DNA of 64,000 bases from Alphaproteobacteria bacterium (GCA_965248835.1 CBDFLJ010000001.1:800001-864000); one strand, 5' to 3'; counted from the stretch's first letter, positions 29,045-39,686 are shown. Made by a program: numbers and translations. Notes: generated from the sequence alone by a model not told the origin.

Positions 29045-31567
29045 ATGACCGAGCCGCCGCAACCGGAAGACGGGGCCCGACCGGCCGGGGAGCCCGTGCC
29101 CCGCGGATACCGGCGGAAACTGGTGTGGGCCCGCCTGATCATGGTGTGGGAGGGCCTGTGGCGCGGGCTGTGGCCGGCCTTTCTGCTGTTTTCGGCCTTT
29201 TGCGCCCTGGCGCTGCTCGGGCTGCTGCCGCTGCTGCCGGGATGGCTGCATGCGCTGGCGCTGGCCGGGATGCTGGCCGCGATGGCAGTGCTTGTCTGGC
29301 GCGGGTTGCGCGGGCTCGTGGTGCCGCGGCACGCCGATGCGCGGCGCCGGCTCGAGCGGGCCAGCGGGTTCGTCCACCGTCCGCTCCAGACACTGGACGA
29401 TCGGATGGCCGAGGGCGTCGGCAACGCCCAATCCGAACGCCTGTGGCAGGAACACCGGTCCCGGATGCTGGCCGCGGCCCGGACCATCCGGGTCGGCTTG
29501 CCGCACCCCGGCGTGGCCGCGCGCGATCGGCTTGCGCTGCGATTCGCAGCCGCGCTGATCCTCGTGATCGCCGCGGTCGCCGGTTGGTCCGACGCCGGCG
29601 ACCGGTTCCGTGCAGCCGTGATGCCCGATCTTTCGCTGATCGCGGCCACCGAAGCGCCGAAGCTGGAGCTGTGGATTACGCCGCCGGCCTATACCGGCCA
29701 ACCGCCGATCTTTCCCAAGACCGTCGCGCGCGGCGAACCGGGGCCGACCGAAGAACAGCTTGCGGCCGACCGCGCGAAGGGGCCGGCGGCAATCCGCGTG
29801 CCCGCCGGCAGCGATCTGACCGCACGGCTTTCCGGCGGCTCAGGGACGGCCGAGCTGGTAAGGGGCGAGACCAGAACGCCGTTCGAGCGGGTCGATGCCC
29901 GCAACGCGGCGATCGTAGCACCCGTGGCGGGCTCGGGCCGGCTCGCCGTCGAGCAGAACGGCGACGTCCTGGCCGAATTGCGGATCGAACTGGTGCCCGA
30001 TCATGCACCGGAGATCGCCTTCGCCAGCCCGCCGACGGCGACCGAGCGCAAGGCGCTGATGATCACCTACACCGCAGGCGACGACTACGGTCTGGAGCGG
30101 GTCGGCGCCGAAATTCGGCGCAGCTACGAGCGCGGGGCAGTGATCGGCAAGGAGGTCGTCACGCTCGACCTTGCCCTGCCCGCGCCGGGCCCGACAACCG
30201 CCAAGGAGACCAGCTATCACGACTTGACGCCGCACCGCTGGGCCGGGTTGCCGGTGATGATCCGGCTCAAGGCAGCCGACGGAATCGGACAGACGGCGTT
30301 CAGCGGAGATGTCGGGCTGATCCTGCCCGAGCGTGAGTTCCGTCACCCGGTCGCGCGCGCGATCATCGAACAGCGCAAACGGCTGACCACCGAGCCCGAG
30401 CGCCGCCCGTCGATCGCCGGCAGGCTGTCGGAGATCGCCTCCCGGCCGGATACCTACCAGGACAGCACGGTCACCTTCCTCGCCTTGTCGGCGGCGCGGT
30501 CACGGCTGATCTACGATGACACGGATGCGGCCATCCCGCCGGTCATCGACCTGTTGTGGGAGACAGCGCTCGGCGTCGAGGACGGCAGGCTGTCGATCGC
30601 CGAGCGCGCGCTGCGGCGCGCCCAGCGCGCGCTTGCCGAGGCGCTGGCCCGCAATGCGCCGGACGAGGAGCTGGAGCGGCTGATGAACCAGCTCCAGCAG
30701 GCGCTCAACGAATTCATTCGCGAGCTGGCGCAGCAACTCCGCAACCGGCCCGACCAGCAGCAGGCAATGCCGTTCGATCCGCGGACGCGGCTGCTGGAGT
30801 CGACCGATCTGCAGCGCATGATGGAGCAGATCCGCAACCTGTTGCGCGCCGGCGCGCGGGACGCCGCACGCCAGATGCTGGCCCAGCTCCAGAACCTCCT
30901 GGAGAACCTGCGCACCGGCCGGCCGATGCAGGCCAATCCGCAGGCCCGGGCGGGCAGCGAGGCGCTGCAGGAACTGCAACGGCTGATCCAGCGCCAGACC
31001 GAGCTGATGAACCGCAGCTTCCGGCAATCCCAAGCGCGCGGGTCCGGACCCCGGCCGCAGGACTCACGCCAGGGCGCGATGACCCAACGGGAGCTGCAGG
31101 AGATGCTCAAAGGCCTTCGCGACGCGCTGCGCCGGATGGGCATGCGCCCGGGCGGCCAGCCCGACGGGCCCGGCCAGGCGTTCGGCCAGGCCGACCGGAA
31201 CATGGGCGATTCCGCCGGCGCGCTTGACCGCAACGCCCCCGGCGATTCGGTCGGACCCCAGGGGCGCGCGATCGAGGCGCTGCAACGCGCCGGACGCGGC
31301 ATCGTCCAACAGATGATGAACCGGATGGGCCGGGGCACCGGCATTGGCCTGGGCCGGCCGTTCGACCCGATGCAGCAGCGCCGCGACCCGCTGGGGCGCT
31401 ACATGCCTAACCCGCAGGGGATAGATACCCGCGACCTGATGATCCCTGACGAGAGCGCGGTCCAGCGGGCGCAGCGGATCCTCGATGAGCTCCGCCGCCG
31501 GGCGGGGCAGCACCAGCGTCCGAGGCTCGAGCTCGACTATATCGACCGCCTGCTGCGGCGGTTCTAG
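29045..31567 (+). CDS. TIGR02302/DUF4175 family protein
   Basis: N-terminal TMs, WITPPAYTG.PPIF, F.HPVARAIIEQR, Gln-rich coiled coil, RDPLGR, ELDYIDRLL; conserved after lysA. Confidence 0.9.
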   Translation: MTEPPQPEDGARPAGEPVPRGYRRKLVWARLIMVWEGLWRGLWPAFLLFSAFCALALLGLLPLLPGWLHALALAGMLAAMAVLVWRGLRGLVVPRHADARRRLERASGFVHRPLQTLDDRMAEGVGNAQSERLWQEHRSRMLAAARTIRVGLPHPGVAARDRLALRFAAALILVIAAVAGWSDAGDRFRAAVMPDLSLIAATEAPKLELWITPPAYTGQPPIFPKTVARGEPGPTEEQLAADRAKGPAAIRVPAGSDLTARLSGGSGTAELVRGETRTPFERVDARNAAIVAPVAGSGRLAVEQNGDVLAELRIELVPDHAPEIAFASPPTATERKALMITYTAGDDYGLERVGAEIRRSYERGAVIGKEVVTLDLALPAPGPTTAKETSYHDLTPHRWAGLPVMIRLKAADGIGQTAFSGDVGLILPEREFRHPVARAIIEQRKRLTTEPERRPSIAGRLSEIASRPDTYQDSTVTFLALSAARSRLIYDDTDAAIPPVIDLLWETALGVEDGRLSIAERALRRAQRALAEALARNAPDEELERLMNQLQQALNEFIRELAQQLRNRPDQQQAMPFDPRTRLLESTDLQRMMEQIRNLLRAGARDAARQMLAQLQNLLENLRTGRPMQANPQARAGSEALQELQRLIQRQTELMNRSFRQSQARGSGPRPQDSRQGAMTQRELQEMLKGLRDALRRMGMRPGGQPDGPGQAFGQADRNMGDSAGALDRNAPGDSVGPQGRAIEALQRAGRGIVQQMMNRMGRGTGIGLGRPFDPMQQRRDPLGRYMPNPQGIDTRDLMIPDESAVQRAQRILDELRRRAGQHQRPRLELDYIDRLLRRF

Positions 31568-31600
31568 GGCCTGTTCCGAACATGCCGGACCGGATCGGGC

Positions 31601-32137
31601 TCAGCGGCCGAGCACACCGATATAGGGCAGGCCGCGGAAATGATGGGCGTAGTCGAGCCCATAGCCGACGACGAACTTGTCGCCGATCTCGAAGCCTTTG
31701 AAATCGGCCTCGATCGGCACGGAGCGCTTGCCCACCTTGTCGAGCAGCAGGCAGGTCTTCACGCTCGTGGCACCGCGCCGGAGCATCAGGTCGCGGGCAA
31801 ACGCCAGGGTCCGGCCCGACTCCAGGATGTCGTCGACGATCAGCACGTCGCGGCCCTCGACGGTCTCCGCGGTATCGCGCACCAGCGCGACCTCGCCCGA
31901 GCTGACTTTCGCGTCGCCATAGCTCGACAACGTCATGAAATCGACCTGGGCTTTGACCCCGGCCCGCTCCAGCGCGCGGATCAGGTCGGCGGCAAAGACG
32001 AAGCTGCCCTTCAGGATGATGACGACGAAAAGGTCCCGCGACGTGCGCGCCGCGATCTCTTCGGCCAACGATCCCACGCGGCGCGCGATCTCGGTCTCGT
32101 CGAGCAGGATGTCGATCGAGGGCCTGGATTCGGGCAT
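31601..32137 (-). CDS. hpt: Hypoxanthine phosphoribosyltransferase
   Basis: ILKGSFVFAADL, VLIVDDILESGRTL, FVVGYGLDY...RGLPYIG; ATG at 32137. Confidence 0.95.
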   Translation of the reverse strand: MPESRPSIDILLDETEIARRVGSLAEEIAARTSRDLFVVIILKGSFVFAADLIRALERAGVKAQVDFMTLSSYGDAKVSSGEVALVRDTAETVEGRDVLIVDDILESGRTLAFARDLMLRRGATSVKTCLLLDKVGKRSVPIEADFKGFEIGDKFVVGYGLDYAHHFRGLPYIGVLGR

Positions 32138-32138
32138 C

Positions 32139-32891
32139 TCACCTGTTCTCTTGGAAGACGATCGACAGCCGGACCGCGTTCTCCGCCGGGTTGGCGAACT
32201 CGGTCTTGAAGCGTTCGTTCCCGTTGGGCGGCAGGCTGGCGACGGGGGCCGGGACCGTCCAGCCTTGCAGCTCGCGCTGCTCGGCATCGAACAGTGCCGC
32301 CCGCAGGGCCGGGACCCGGAGCCTGGTCCCGGTGGCGTTCTCGATCCGCCCGGACACCCGGAGGATGATCTGGCCGTCCTGCTCCGACCGGTCGAATGTC
32401 TCGATGATCAGGTTCAGCCCGAATCCCGGCGGCTCGGACTCGATTCCGATCGCGGCGTAGGCCGGTTCGGCGGCGGGCAACACCGCGATCACCTCCTCGC
32501 GGTAGAGCGACGCAGCCGCGCCGATGCCGATCAGCACTGCGATCAGCGCAACCCATGCCATCCGCACCGGCCACCGGCGGCGGTTCGGGTCATCTGGCGG
32601 GACGTTCGCCCGGGGCGGGGCGGACCGCACCGGGCCGAGCGGTTTCTCGGCATGGATCGACAGCTCCTGGGCCGGCGGCGGGCGGTCTTCCGAGCTATCC
32701 TCGGCATCCGGCAGAGGCGCGGGTTCGGGCTCGGCTGGCGGCGCGGGCGCCACCGCCGCCTCGACCCCTCCGTCCTCGGCGGCGAACCAGGCGTTGCCGC
32801 ACCTGCCGCAGCGCACCTCGCGGCCTGCCGCGCCGATGGCCGCGGAATTGACCAGAAAGCGGGTGGCGCAACGCGGGCAGGTTAGGATCAT
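32139..32891 (-). CDS. Zinc-ribbon (MJ0042-type) / DUF3426 membrane protein
   Basis: MILTCPRCATRF...VRCGRCGNAW, Pro-rich linker, one TM, C-terminal VSGRIEN...VP.L domain; divergent from ftsE. Confidence 0.88.
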   Translation of the reverse strand: MILTCPRCATRFLVNSAAIGAAGREVRCGRCGNAWFAAEDGGVEAAVAPAPPAEPEPAPLPDAEDSSEDRPPPAQELSIHAEKPLGPVRSAPPRANVPPDDPNRRRWPVRMAWVALIAVLIGIGAAASLYREEVIAVLPAAEPAYAAIGIESEPPGFGLNLIIETFDRSEQDGQIILRVSGRIENATGTRLRVPALRAALFDAEQRELQGWTVPAPVASLPPNGNERFKTEFANPAENAVRLSIVFQENR

Positions 32892-33018
32892 TCCGTTTCG
32901 GACCGGCACAAGGCCCGGCCCTTATAGAAGCCGTGCCCTTGACAGGCAAGGACCGGGCTTCTTTAAGCATCACGGTCGGAGCGGAGATCGGGCCGCACTT
33001 TAACTGTCAGAGGCCCCG

Positions 33019-33732
33019 ATGGAATCGGGAAACGAAGTCGTCCGCATCCAGAACGTCGGGCTGCGCTACGGGTTGGGCCCGGAGGTGCTCAACGATGTCT
33101 CGCTGTCGCTCGCGGCCGGGTCCTTTCGCTTCCTGACCGGTGCCAGCGGCGCGGGGAAGACCTCCCTTCTGCGTCTGATGTATCTCGCGATGCGGCCTTC
33201 GCGGGGCCTGGTGCATCTTTTCGGACAAGAGGTGTCCGCGCTGCGGCGCGCCGACCGGCCGGCGTTGCGGCGCCGGATCGGCGTGATCTTTCAGGACTTC
33301 CGGCTGATCGAGCATCTGTCGGCGATGGAGAACGTCGCCCTGCCGCTGCGCGTCTCCGGCACGAGCGAGGCGCTGATCCGCGAGCATGTCCCGGAGCTAC
33401 TGCGCTGGGTCGGGCTGCAGCGCGAGCTCGACGCGCTGCCCTCCGCGCTGTCGGGCGGGCAGAAGCAGCGCGTGGCCATCGCGCGCGCCGTCATCGCTCG
33501 GCCCGACCTGCTGCTTGCCGACGAGCCGACCGGCAACGTCGACCAGTCGGCGGCGGTCCGGCTGATGTATCTGCTGGAACGGCTGAACAAGCTGGGGACC
33601 ACGGTGGTGATCGCCACCCACAACGAGGCCCTGGTGGACCGCTTCGGCTACCCCGCGTTCAAGCTCGAAGACGGCGTGCTGCGGGCCTACCAGAGCCGCG
33701 CGGCGGCCGCTGCGGCGGCCCCCGGACCATGA
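33019..33732 (+). CDS. ftsE: Cell division ATP-binding protein FtsE
   Basis: GASGAGKT, IGVIFQDFRL, LSGGQKQR, LLADEPTGN, IATH. Confidence 0.95.
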   Translation: MESGNEVVRIQNVGLRYGLGPEVLNDVSLSLAAGSFRFLTGASGAGKTSLLRLMYLAMRPSRGLVHLFGQEVSALRRADRPALRRRIGVIFQDFRLIEHLSAMENVALPLRVSGTSEALIREHVPELLRWVGLQRELDALPSALSGGQKQRVAIARAVIARPDLLLADEPTGNVDQSAAVRLMYLLERLNKLGTTVVIATHNEALVDRFGYPAFKLEDGVLRAYQSRAAAAAAAPGP

Positions 33733-34616
33733 GGCGGGCAGGCGCGCGCGACGGCCTGGTGCTGCCGCTGGGCGGCGATGCGTCCAGCCGCTGCGGGCCA
33801 TGGATCGTCGGCGCGATCGTCTACATCGCCTCGATCGCGATGGCCGGGGCTATGATGCTGTCCTCGGCCGGCCCGGCCTGGCAGAGCGAACTGGCCGGCA
33901 AGCTCACGATCCAGGTCATGCCGCAGGGTGCCGACACCGATGCCGCCGTCGCACGCATCCTCGGCGTGCTCCGCGCGCGCCCGGACATTGTCGAGGCCGA
34001 GCCGCTGGACGAGGCCGCGATGCGCGCGCTGCTCTCGCCCTGGCTCGGCAATGACGTCGACCTTTCGGCCCTGCCCGTACCCGGCCTGATCGATGCGCGG
34101 ATCGCGCACGGCCAGGAGATCGACACCAAGGCACTTGCCGCCCGGCTCGCCGCGGAGGTGCCGGGCACAACGGTCGACGATCACGGGCTCTGGCTCGAGG
34201 ACCTCGCGCTGTTCGCCGACGCGCTGGAAGCGATCGGCTACCTGATCGTCGCCCTGGTCGGTGCGACAGCGATCGTCACCGTGGTGTTTGCCACGCGCGC
34301 GGGCCTTGCGGTGCATGAGGACGTAATCGAGATCCTGCATCTGGTCGGCGCGCAGGACCGCTATATCGCCAGACAGTTTCAGATCCACGTCCGCACCCTG
34401 GCCCTGACCGGCGGCGTGATCGGGTTCGTGCTGGCGGTCGCGACGATCATCGTGCTGAGCCGGTTCGCACCGGTCGTGGAAGGCATTATCGTGCCCGAGA
34501 TGACGCTTTCTCCGCTGCAGTGGCTGGCCCTGGCCGGGCTCCCTCTGGTCGCGGTCGCGATCGGCATGGCGACGGCGCACGTCACGGTCATGCGTGCGCT
34601 GGCGCGGGCCCCGTGA
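33729..34616 (+). CDS. ftsX: Cell division permease FtsX
   Basis: TM-periplasmic domain-3 TM layout, IEILHLVGA.D.YIA..F; follows ftsE. Confidence 0.9.
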   Translation: MRRAGARDGLVLPLGGDASSRCGPWIVGAIVYIASIAMAGAMMLSSAGPAWQSELAGKLTIQVMPQGADTDAAVARILGVLRARPDIVEAEPLDEAAMRALLSPWLGNDVDLSALPVPGLIDARIAHGQEIDTKALAARLAAEVPGTTVDDHGLWLEDLALFADALEAIGYLIVALVGATAIVTVVFATRAGLAVHEDVIEILHLVGAQDRYIARQFQIHVRTLALTGGVIGFVLAVATIIVLSRFAPVVEGIIVPEMTLSPLQWLALAGLPLVAVAIGMATAHVTVMRALARAP

Positions 34617-34637
34617 GGGCCTGCGGGGACGGCCGGC

Positions 34638-35294
34638 GTGATTTCCCGCAATGCTCGGCCGGGCAGCCGCCGGCGCTCCGGACCGCGCTGGCTGCGCCGC
34701 CTGGTGGTCGCGGCAGTGATCGCGGCCCTGTCCTGGCTCGGCGGGCTGATCTGGTATGCCGGGCAGATCCCGATTCCCGGACCGCCGCGGTCCGGCAATA
34801 CCGAGGCGATCGTTGTGCTGACCGGCGGCAGCGGCAGGCTGGGCGAAGGCCTGCGCCTGCTGGCGGAGGGCCGCGCGCGAAAGCTGTTCGTCTCCGGGGT
34901 CTATCGCGGCGTCGATGTCCGTGTGCTTCTGCAGATGGCCGCGCGCAAGCCCGACAACGTGGAATGCTGCATCACGCTGGGCTATGCCGCCGATAACACC
35001 GCCGGCAACGCGTGGGAGACCGCGGCCTGGATGGTCGGGCAAGGCTATCGGTCGCTGCGGCTGGTCACGGCGAGCTACCACATGCCGCGCAGCCTGCTCG
35101 AGTTCCGCCGCACGATGCCGGATTTCGAGATCCTCGCCCATGCGGTCTTTCCCGAGCGGTTCCGGCACGCCGATTGGTGGCACTGGCCAGGTTCGACCGC
35201 CCTTGTGATCAGCGAATACAACAAGTATCTGGCCGCCCTGGCCCGTCTCGGTCCGGGCCGCAGCCGGTCTCCGGGCCGCGCGAGCGCCGGATGA
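34638..35294 (+). CDS. YdcF/DUF218 family protein
   Basis: IVVLTGG..R, LFVSGV, NTAGNA, LVTASYHMPRS, SEYNKY. Confidence 0.9.
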   Translation: MISRNARPGSRRRSGPRWLRRLVVAAVIAALSWLGGLIWYAGQIPIPGPPRSGNTEAIVVLTGGSGRLGEGLRLLAEGRARKLFVSGVYRGVDVRVLLQMAARKPDNVECCITLGYAADNTAGNAWETAAWMVGQGYRSLRLVTASYHMPRSLLEFRRTMPDFEILAHAVFPERFRHADWWHWPGSTALVISEYNKYLAALARLGPGRSRSPGRASAG

Positions 35295-35998
35295 TAGTGC
35301 TGCGCTCGCTGGCCTTTCAGGTCTGCTTCCATGCCTGGACGGTGATCCTGGGGGTCGTCACCCTGCCGGTCCTGCTCGCACCCAGGCGCGTCGGGTTCGG
35401 CCTGGGCAGGCTTTGGGTGGACGGCACCTTCGGCCTTCTCGCCCACACGGTGGGGCTGACCTACGAGGTTCGCGGCGAGGCCGCGAGGCCCGCCGGCCCT
35501 GCGGTCTATGCCTTCAAGCACCAGTCGGCCTGGGACACCCTGGTCCTGGTCCGGCTGTTCGCCGAGCCGGCGGTGGTCGTGAAACGGGAACTGATTTATC
35601 TGCCGGTGCTCGGCTGGTATTTTTGGCGCCTGGGCATGATCCTGATCGACCGGCGGGCGGGCGCGAAGGCCTTGAGGGCGATGCTTGCCGCCGCGCGCAA
35701 AAGAGTCCGGGACGGCCGCGACATCGTGGTCTTCCCCGAGGGCACGCGCACCCCGCCGGGGTCCCGGCGCGCCTACCACCCGGGCGTGGCAGCGCTCTAC
35801 CGCGAGCTGTCGCTGCCGGTCGTCCCGGTCGCGCTCAACTCGGGCCGCTATTGGGGTCGGCGCGCGTTCACCAAGCGGCCCGGCCGCATCGTGGTCTCCT
35901 TCCTGCCGCCGATCGAACCCGGCCTCGACCGCAAGGCGTTCATGCAGCGCCTCCAAGACTCCATAGAGACGGAGTCCGCGCTCCTGGCCGCCGATTGA
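35291..35998 (+). CDS. plsC: 1-acyl-sn-glycerol-3-phosphate acyltransferase
   Basis: KHQSAWDT (HxxxxD), VFPEGTR, VPVALNSG; ATG at 35291 overlaps the ydcF stop. Confidence 0.9.
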   Translation: MIVLRSLAFQVCFHAWTVILGVVTLPVLLAPRRVGFGLGRLWVDGTFGLLAHTVGLTYEVRGEAARPAGPAVYAFKHQSAWDTLVLVRLFAEPAVVVKRELIYLPVLGWYFWRLGMILIDRRAGAKALRAMLAAARKRVRDGRDIVVFPEGTRTPPGSRRAYHPGVAALYRELSLPVVPVALNSGRYWGRRAFTKRPGRIVVSFLPPIEPGLDRKAFMQRLQDSIETESALLAAD

Positions 35999-36023
35999 CC
36001 CTCGGCCGGGCCGGAACTACCCT
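35995..36023 (+). promoter_or_regulatory. Putative sigma70 promoter for nrdJ
   Basis: TTGACC-17 bp-TACCCT; followed by a leader hairpin gcgggcgg...ccgcccgc enclosing the palindrome caggatcctg. Confidence 0.45.
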
Positions 36024-36080
36024 GAAACCAGCGCGGGCGGCAGGATCCTGGACCGCCCGCCTGCGTCCATCGGATGCGCC

Positions 36081-38381
36081 ATGACCTCGCCGACATCGAT
36101 CTCGCAGCAAATCTGGGACATGAAGTATCGGCTGAAGGGCGCCAACGGGGAGTCGGTCGACCGGACGATGTCCGAAACCTGGCGCCGGGTCGCAACCGCG
36201 TTGGCCGCGCCGGAGGCCGAGCCCGCGCTGTGGGCCGAACGGTTCCACCAGGCCTTGGAGGGCTTCAGATTCCTGCCCGCCGGGCGCATCCTCGCCGGGG
36301 CCGGCAGCCGGCGCAACGTCACCCTGTTCAACTGTTTTGTCATGGGCACCGTGCCCGACGACATGGCCGGCATCTTCGAGAACCTGAAGGAAGCCGCGCT
36401 CACCATGCAGCAGGGCGGCGGCATCGGCTACGACTTCTCGACGCTTCGGCCCAAGGGAGCGCCGGTCAGGGGCGTCGGCGCCGACGCCTCGGGACCGCTG
36501 ACCTTCATGGACGTGTGGGATTCAATGTGCAAGACCATCATGAGCGCCGGCCACCGCCGCGGCGCGATGATGGCGACGCTGCGCTGCGACCACCCCGACA
36601 TCGAGGCGTTCGTCGAGGCCAAGCAGACCGCCGGCCGGCTCAGGATGTTCAACCTGTCGGTCCTGGTCACCGATGCGTTCATGGATGCGCTGGACCACGA
36701 CGCCGGCTGGGATCTGGTGTTCGACGGCGTGTCCTACAGGACCGTGCGCGCCCGCGACCTGTGGGACAGGATCATGCGGGCGACATACGCGGCAGCCGAA
36801 CCGGGGGTGATCTTCATCGACCGCATCAACCAGCAGAACCCGCTGGCCTACTGCGAGACGATCGCCGCGACCAACCCGTGCGGCGAGCAGCCGCTGCCGC
36901 CCTACGGGGCCTGCCTTCTGGGCTCGATCAACCTCGCCCGGCTGGTGCTCGAGCCGTTCACCGAGGACGCCCGGCTGGACCTCGAGGCCCTGGAGGCGCT
37001 TGTCCCCACCGCCGTGCGGATGATGGACAACGCCGTCGACGTCTCGCAGTTCCCGCTGCCGGCCCAGGCCCACGAGGCCCGCGCCAAGCGCCGCATCGGG
37101 CTCGGCGCGACCGGGCTTGCCGACGCGCTGATCATGTGCGGCGCCCGTTACGGCGATGCGCAGGCCGTCGCGCTGACCGAATCCTGGCTCGCTGCGGTCC
37201 AGCGCAGCGCCTATCTCGCTTCGGCGCGACTCGCCGAGGAAAAGGGCGCCTTCCCGCTGTTCGACCGCGAGGCCTATCTCGCCGCGCCGGCGATCCAGGC
37301 CCAGGATATCGACGTGCGCAACGCGATCGCCGCGCATGGGCTGCGCAACGCGCTGCTGACTTCGATCGCGCCGACCGGGACGATCTCGCTACTCGCCGAC
37401 AACGTGTCCTCGGGCATCGAGCCGGTGTTCAGCCTGACCCACACCCGATCGGTGCTGCAGCCCGACGGCTCGCGGCGCGAGGAGGAGGTCAGCGACTACG
37501 CCTACCGCCTCTACCGCCGGATCAAGGGCGAGCACGCCCCGCTGCCGGAATACTTCGTCGATTCCCAGGCGATCAGGCCGCGCGACCACCTGGTGATGCA
37601 GGCCGCGGCCCAAAGACATGTCGACAGCTCGATCTCCAAGACCGTCAACGTGCCGGCCGAGATCGGCTTCGAGGCGTTCCACGAGATCTACACCGAGGCC
37701 TATGCGTTGGGCTGCAAGGGCTGCACGACCTATCGTCCCAACGAGATCACCGGCTCGGTCCTGTCAGTGCTGCCCGATAGCGCGGGCCATCAGGCCGAGC
37801 TGCCCCTGGAGGCGCCCAAGGCGCCGGCGCGGGCCGAGGATGCCTACGATGCCGGCGGCGTGGTCTACATGACCCAGCCGCTCAACCGGCCCGAGGAGCT
37901 GCCCGGGCGCACCTACAAGCTGCGTTGGCCGGAAAGCGACCACGCGATTTACGTGACGCTCAACGACATCGTCCAGGACGGGCGCCGCCGGCCCTTCGAG
38001 GTCTTCATCAACTCCAAGAACATGGAGCATTTCGCCTGGACGGTGGCGCTGACCCGGATGATCAGCGCGGTGTTCCGGCGCGGCGGCGACGTCTCGTTCG
38101 TCGTCGACGAGCTCAAGGCGGTGTTCGACCCGCGCGGCGGACAGTGGATGGAGGGCCGCTACGTCCCCTCGCTCCTGGCCGCGCTCGGCGAGGTAATCGA
38201 GCGCCACATGATCGATATCGGCTTTCTGCCGGCCAACCAGCCGATGGACGCCCCGCCGGCCGAGGCGAGGCGCGCGGTCGCAGGCCCCATGCGGCAATGC
38301 CCGAAATGCGGCCAAGCGGGCTTGATCCGCCAGGAAGGCTGCGACATCTGCACCGCGTGCGCCTATTCCAGATGCGGCTGA
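36081..38381 (+). CDS. nrdJ: Adenosylcobalamin-dependent (class II) ribonucleotide reductase with C-terminal TSCPD-like domain
   Basis: FLPAGRI, TLFNCFV, RRGAMM, TNPCGEQPL, CLLGSINL, IAPTGTIS, ISKTVN, KGCTTYR, C-terminal CPKC..EGC..C..C.YSRC. Confidence 0.95.
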   Translation: MTSPTSISQQIWDMKYRLKGANGESVDRTMSETWRRVATALAAPEAEPALWAERFHQALEGFRFLPAGRILAGAGSRRNVTLFNCFVMGTVPDDMAGIFENLKEAALTMQQGGGIGYDFSTLRPKGAPVRGVGADASGPLTFMDVWDSMCKTIMSAGHRRGAMMATLRCDHPDIEAFVEAKQTAGRLRMFNLSVLVTDAFMDALDHDAGWDLVFDGVSYRTVRARDLWDRIMRATYAAAEPGVIFIDRINQQNPLAYCETIAATNPCGEQPLPPYGACLLGSINLARLVLEPFTEDARLDLEALEALVPTAVRMMDNAVDVSQFPLPAQAHEARAKRRIGLGATGLADALIMCGARYGDAQAVALTESWLAAVQRSAYLASARLAEEKGAFPLFDREAYLAAPAIQAQDIDVRNAIAAHGLRNALLTSIAPTGTISLLADNVSSGIEPVFSLTHTRSVLQPDGSRREEEVSDYAYRLYRRIKGEHAPLPEYFVDSQAIRPRDHLVMQAAAQRHVDSSISKTVNVPAEIGFEAFHEIYTEAYALGCKGCTTYRPNEITGSVLSVLPDSAGHQAELPLEAPKAPARAEDAYDAGGVVYMTQPLNRPEELPGRTYKLRWPESDHAIYVTLNDIVQDGRRRPFEVFINSKNMEHFAWTVALTRMISAVFRRGGDVSFVVDELKAVFDPRGGQWMEGRYVPSLLAALGEVIERHMIDIGFLPANQPMDAPPAEARRAVAGPMRQCPKCGQAGLIRQEGCDICTACAYSRCG

Positions 38382-38459
38382 GCGGCCGGAGCCTGGTCCG
38401 GACAGGCCCGCACCGCCGCGCGGTGGTCGGGCGCCGCTTGCCGCGGCCGGCCCGACGAC

Positions 38460-39686
38460 CTATTCGGCGGCTTGCCGCGCGGCGTAGGGGTTGTCGAGGT
38501 TGAACAGCCTCGCCGCGTTCTCGCCCAGGATATTGCGCTTCTGGCGCTCGTCCAGGAACGGCAGATCCCAGATCACCGACGGCGCATCGAAGTCCCAGTG
38601 CGGCCAGTCCGAGCACCACAGGAGCTGCGTGTCGGCGTTGATGGCCTCCAGCGTCGCCTCTAGCAGCTTGGGGTGATGCGCCTCGAGCGGCTGGCTGGAG
38701 AAATACATCTCCTTGATGTACTCGCTGGGCTTGCGCTTCAGGAGCGGCGCCTCCGACGAGCGCATCATGTACTCGGCGTCCAACCGCTGCATCACATAGG
38801 GCAGCCAGGCCAATCCGCTCTCGATCCACAGCACGTCCAGTCCGGGGAAGCGCTCCGGCAGCCCGTTGATCACCCAGTTGGTCATGTGGATCAGGTTGCA
38901 GTGCACGAACGACAGCGCATGCATCGACAGGAACCGGTTGAGCTGCGCCATCGAGCCGTCTTCCCAGTTGAAGCCGGCATGGAAGGCGATCGGCAGATTG
39001 CGCTCCTCCAGCGCACGGTAGAGCGGCATGTAGGCGTTGTGGTGGACCGCCTTGTAGCGTGTGCTGGTGACGGTAAAGCCCATCACGCCCGGCTTGTCGG
39101 CGAACTCGGCAACGAATTTGGGGCAGACTTCCGGCGTGTTGAAGGGCAGGAACAGCAGGCCCTTCATCCGCGGCTCCTCGGGCAGCACCTCCTCGGTCAG
39201 CCAGCGGTTGAACGCCCAGGAGAGCTCGACCTCGACCTCTGCCTGCGGGTGGGTGCCGAGCAGCAGCATCGGAGTCGGGAAGACCACCATGTAGTCGATC
39301 CCCATGGAGTCCATTGCCCGGCGGGTCAGCGTGACCTGCTTGTGGACGTCGCTGGCCTCGACCATCTCCAGCTGGCTCTGCTGGTGCGGGATGCGGCCGT
39401 AGACGTCCTGGTAGAGCAGGCCCGGCTGGGCATTCAGCAGCCCGGGCGGCGAGCCCACGCGGTCCTGGAAGGACCTGGCCATCTGCTGGTAGACGTCGCT
39501 GTCGATGCGCTCGATGACCTCGGGCCAGAACATGGTCTCGGTGATGTGGGCGTCGACATCGACGATCAGCGTGTCGTGAAAGCCCTTCTTCGCCGCCTCG
39601 CGAGCGGCGTGGGCGAGCACGTCGCGGGTATCGGACTTGACGGTGATCTCTTCGAGCGACCGACCGGTCTCGGTGAGCTTGGTCAT
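38460..39686 (-). CDS. Amidohydrolase_2 family protein
   Basis: IVDVDAH, PIAFH, WIESGLAW, SDWPHWDFD, ILGENAARLF. Confidence 0.9.
   Translation of the reverse strand: MTKLTETGRSLEEITVKSDTRDVLAHAAREAAKKGFHDTLIVDVDAHITETMFWPEVIERIDSDVYQQMARSFQDRVGSPPGLLNAQPGLLYQDVYGRIPHQQSQLEMVEASDVHKQVTLTRRAMDSMGIDYMVVFPTPMLLLGTHPQAEVEVELSWAFNRWLTEEVLPEEPRMKGLLFLPFNTPEVCPKFVAEFADKPGVMGFTVTSTRYKAVHHNAYMPLYRALEERNLPIAFHAGFNWEDGSMAQLNRFLSMHALSFVHCNLIHMTNWVINGLPERFPGLDVLWIESGLAWLPYVMQRLDAEYMMRSSEAPLLKRKPSEYIKEMYFSSQPLEAHHPKLLEATLEAINADTQLLWCSDWPHWDFDAPSVIWDLPFLDERQKRNILGENAARLFNLDNPYAARQAAE

Noticed and set aside
30600-31450. Gln/Gly-rich low-complexity region as a repeat system
   Set aside because: Normal feature of TIGR02302-family coiled-coil proteins
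32939-33010. CtrA binding site in the ftsE divergent promoter region
   Set aside because: Two isolated TTAA half-sites without the TTAA-N7-TTAA spacing
35999-36080. Cobalamin riboswitch or NrdR box upstream of nrdJ
   Set aside because: The region is only ~80 bp and shows neither a B12 box nor an NrdR-box consensus
36081-38381. Intein or intron in nrdJ
   Set aside because: Length and motif spacing are normal; no splicing or homing-endonuclease motifs seen
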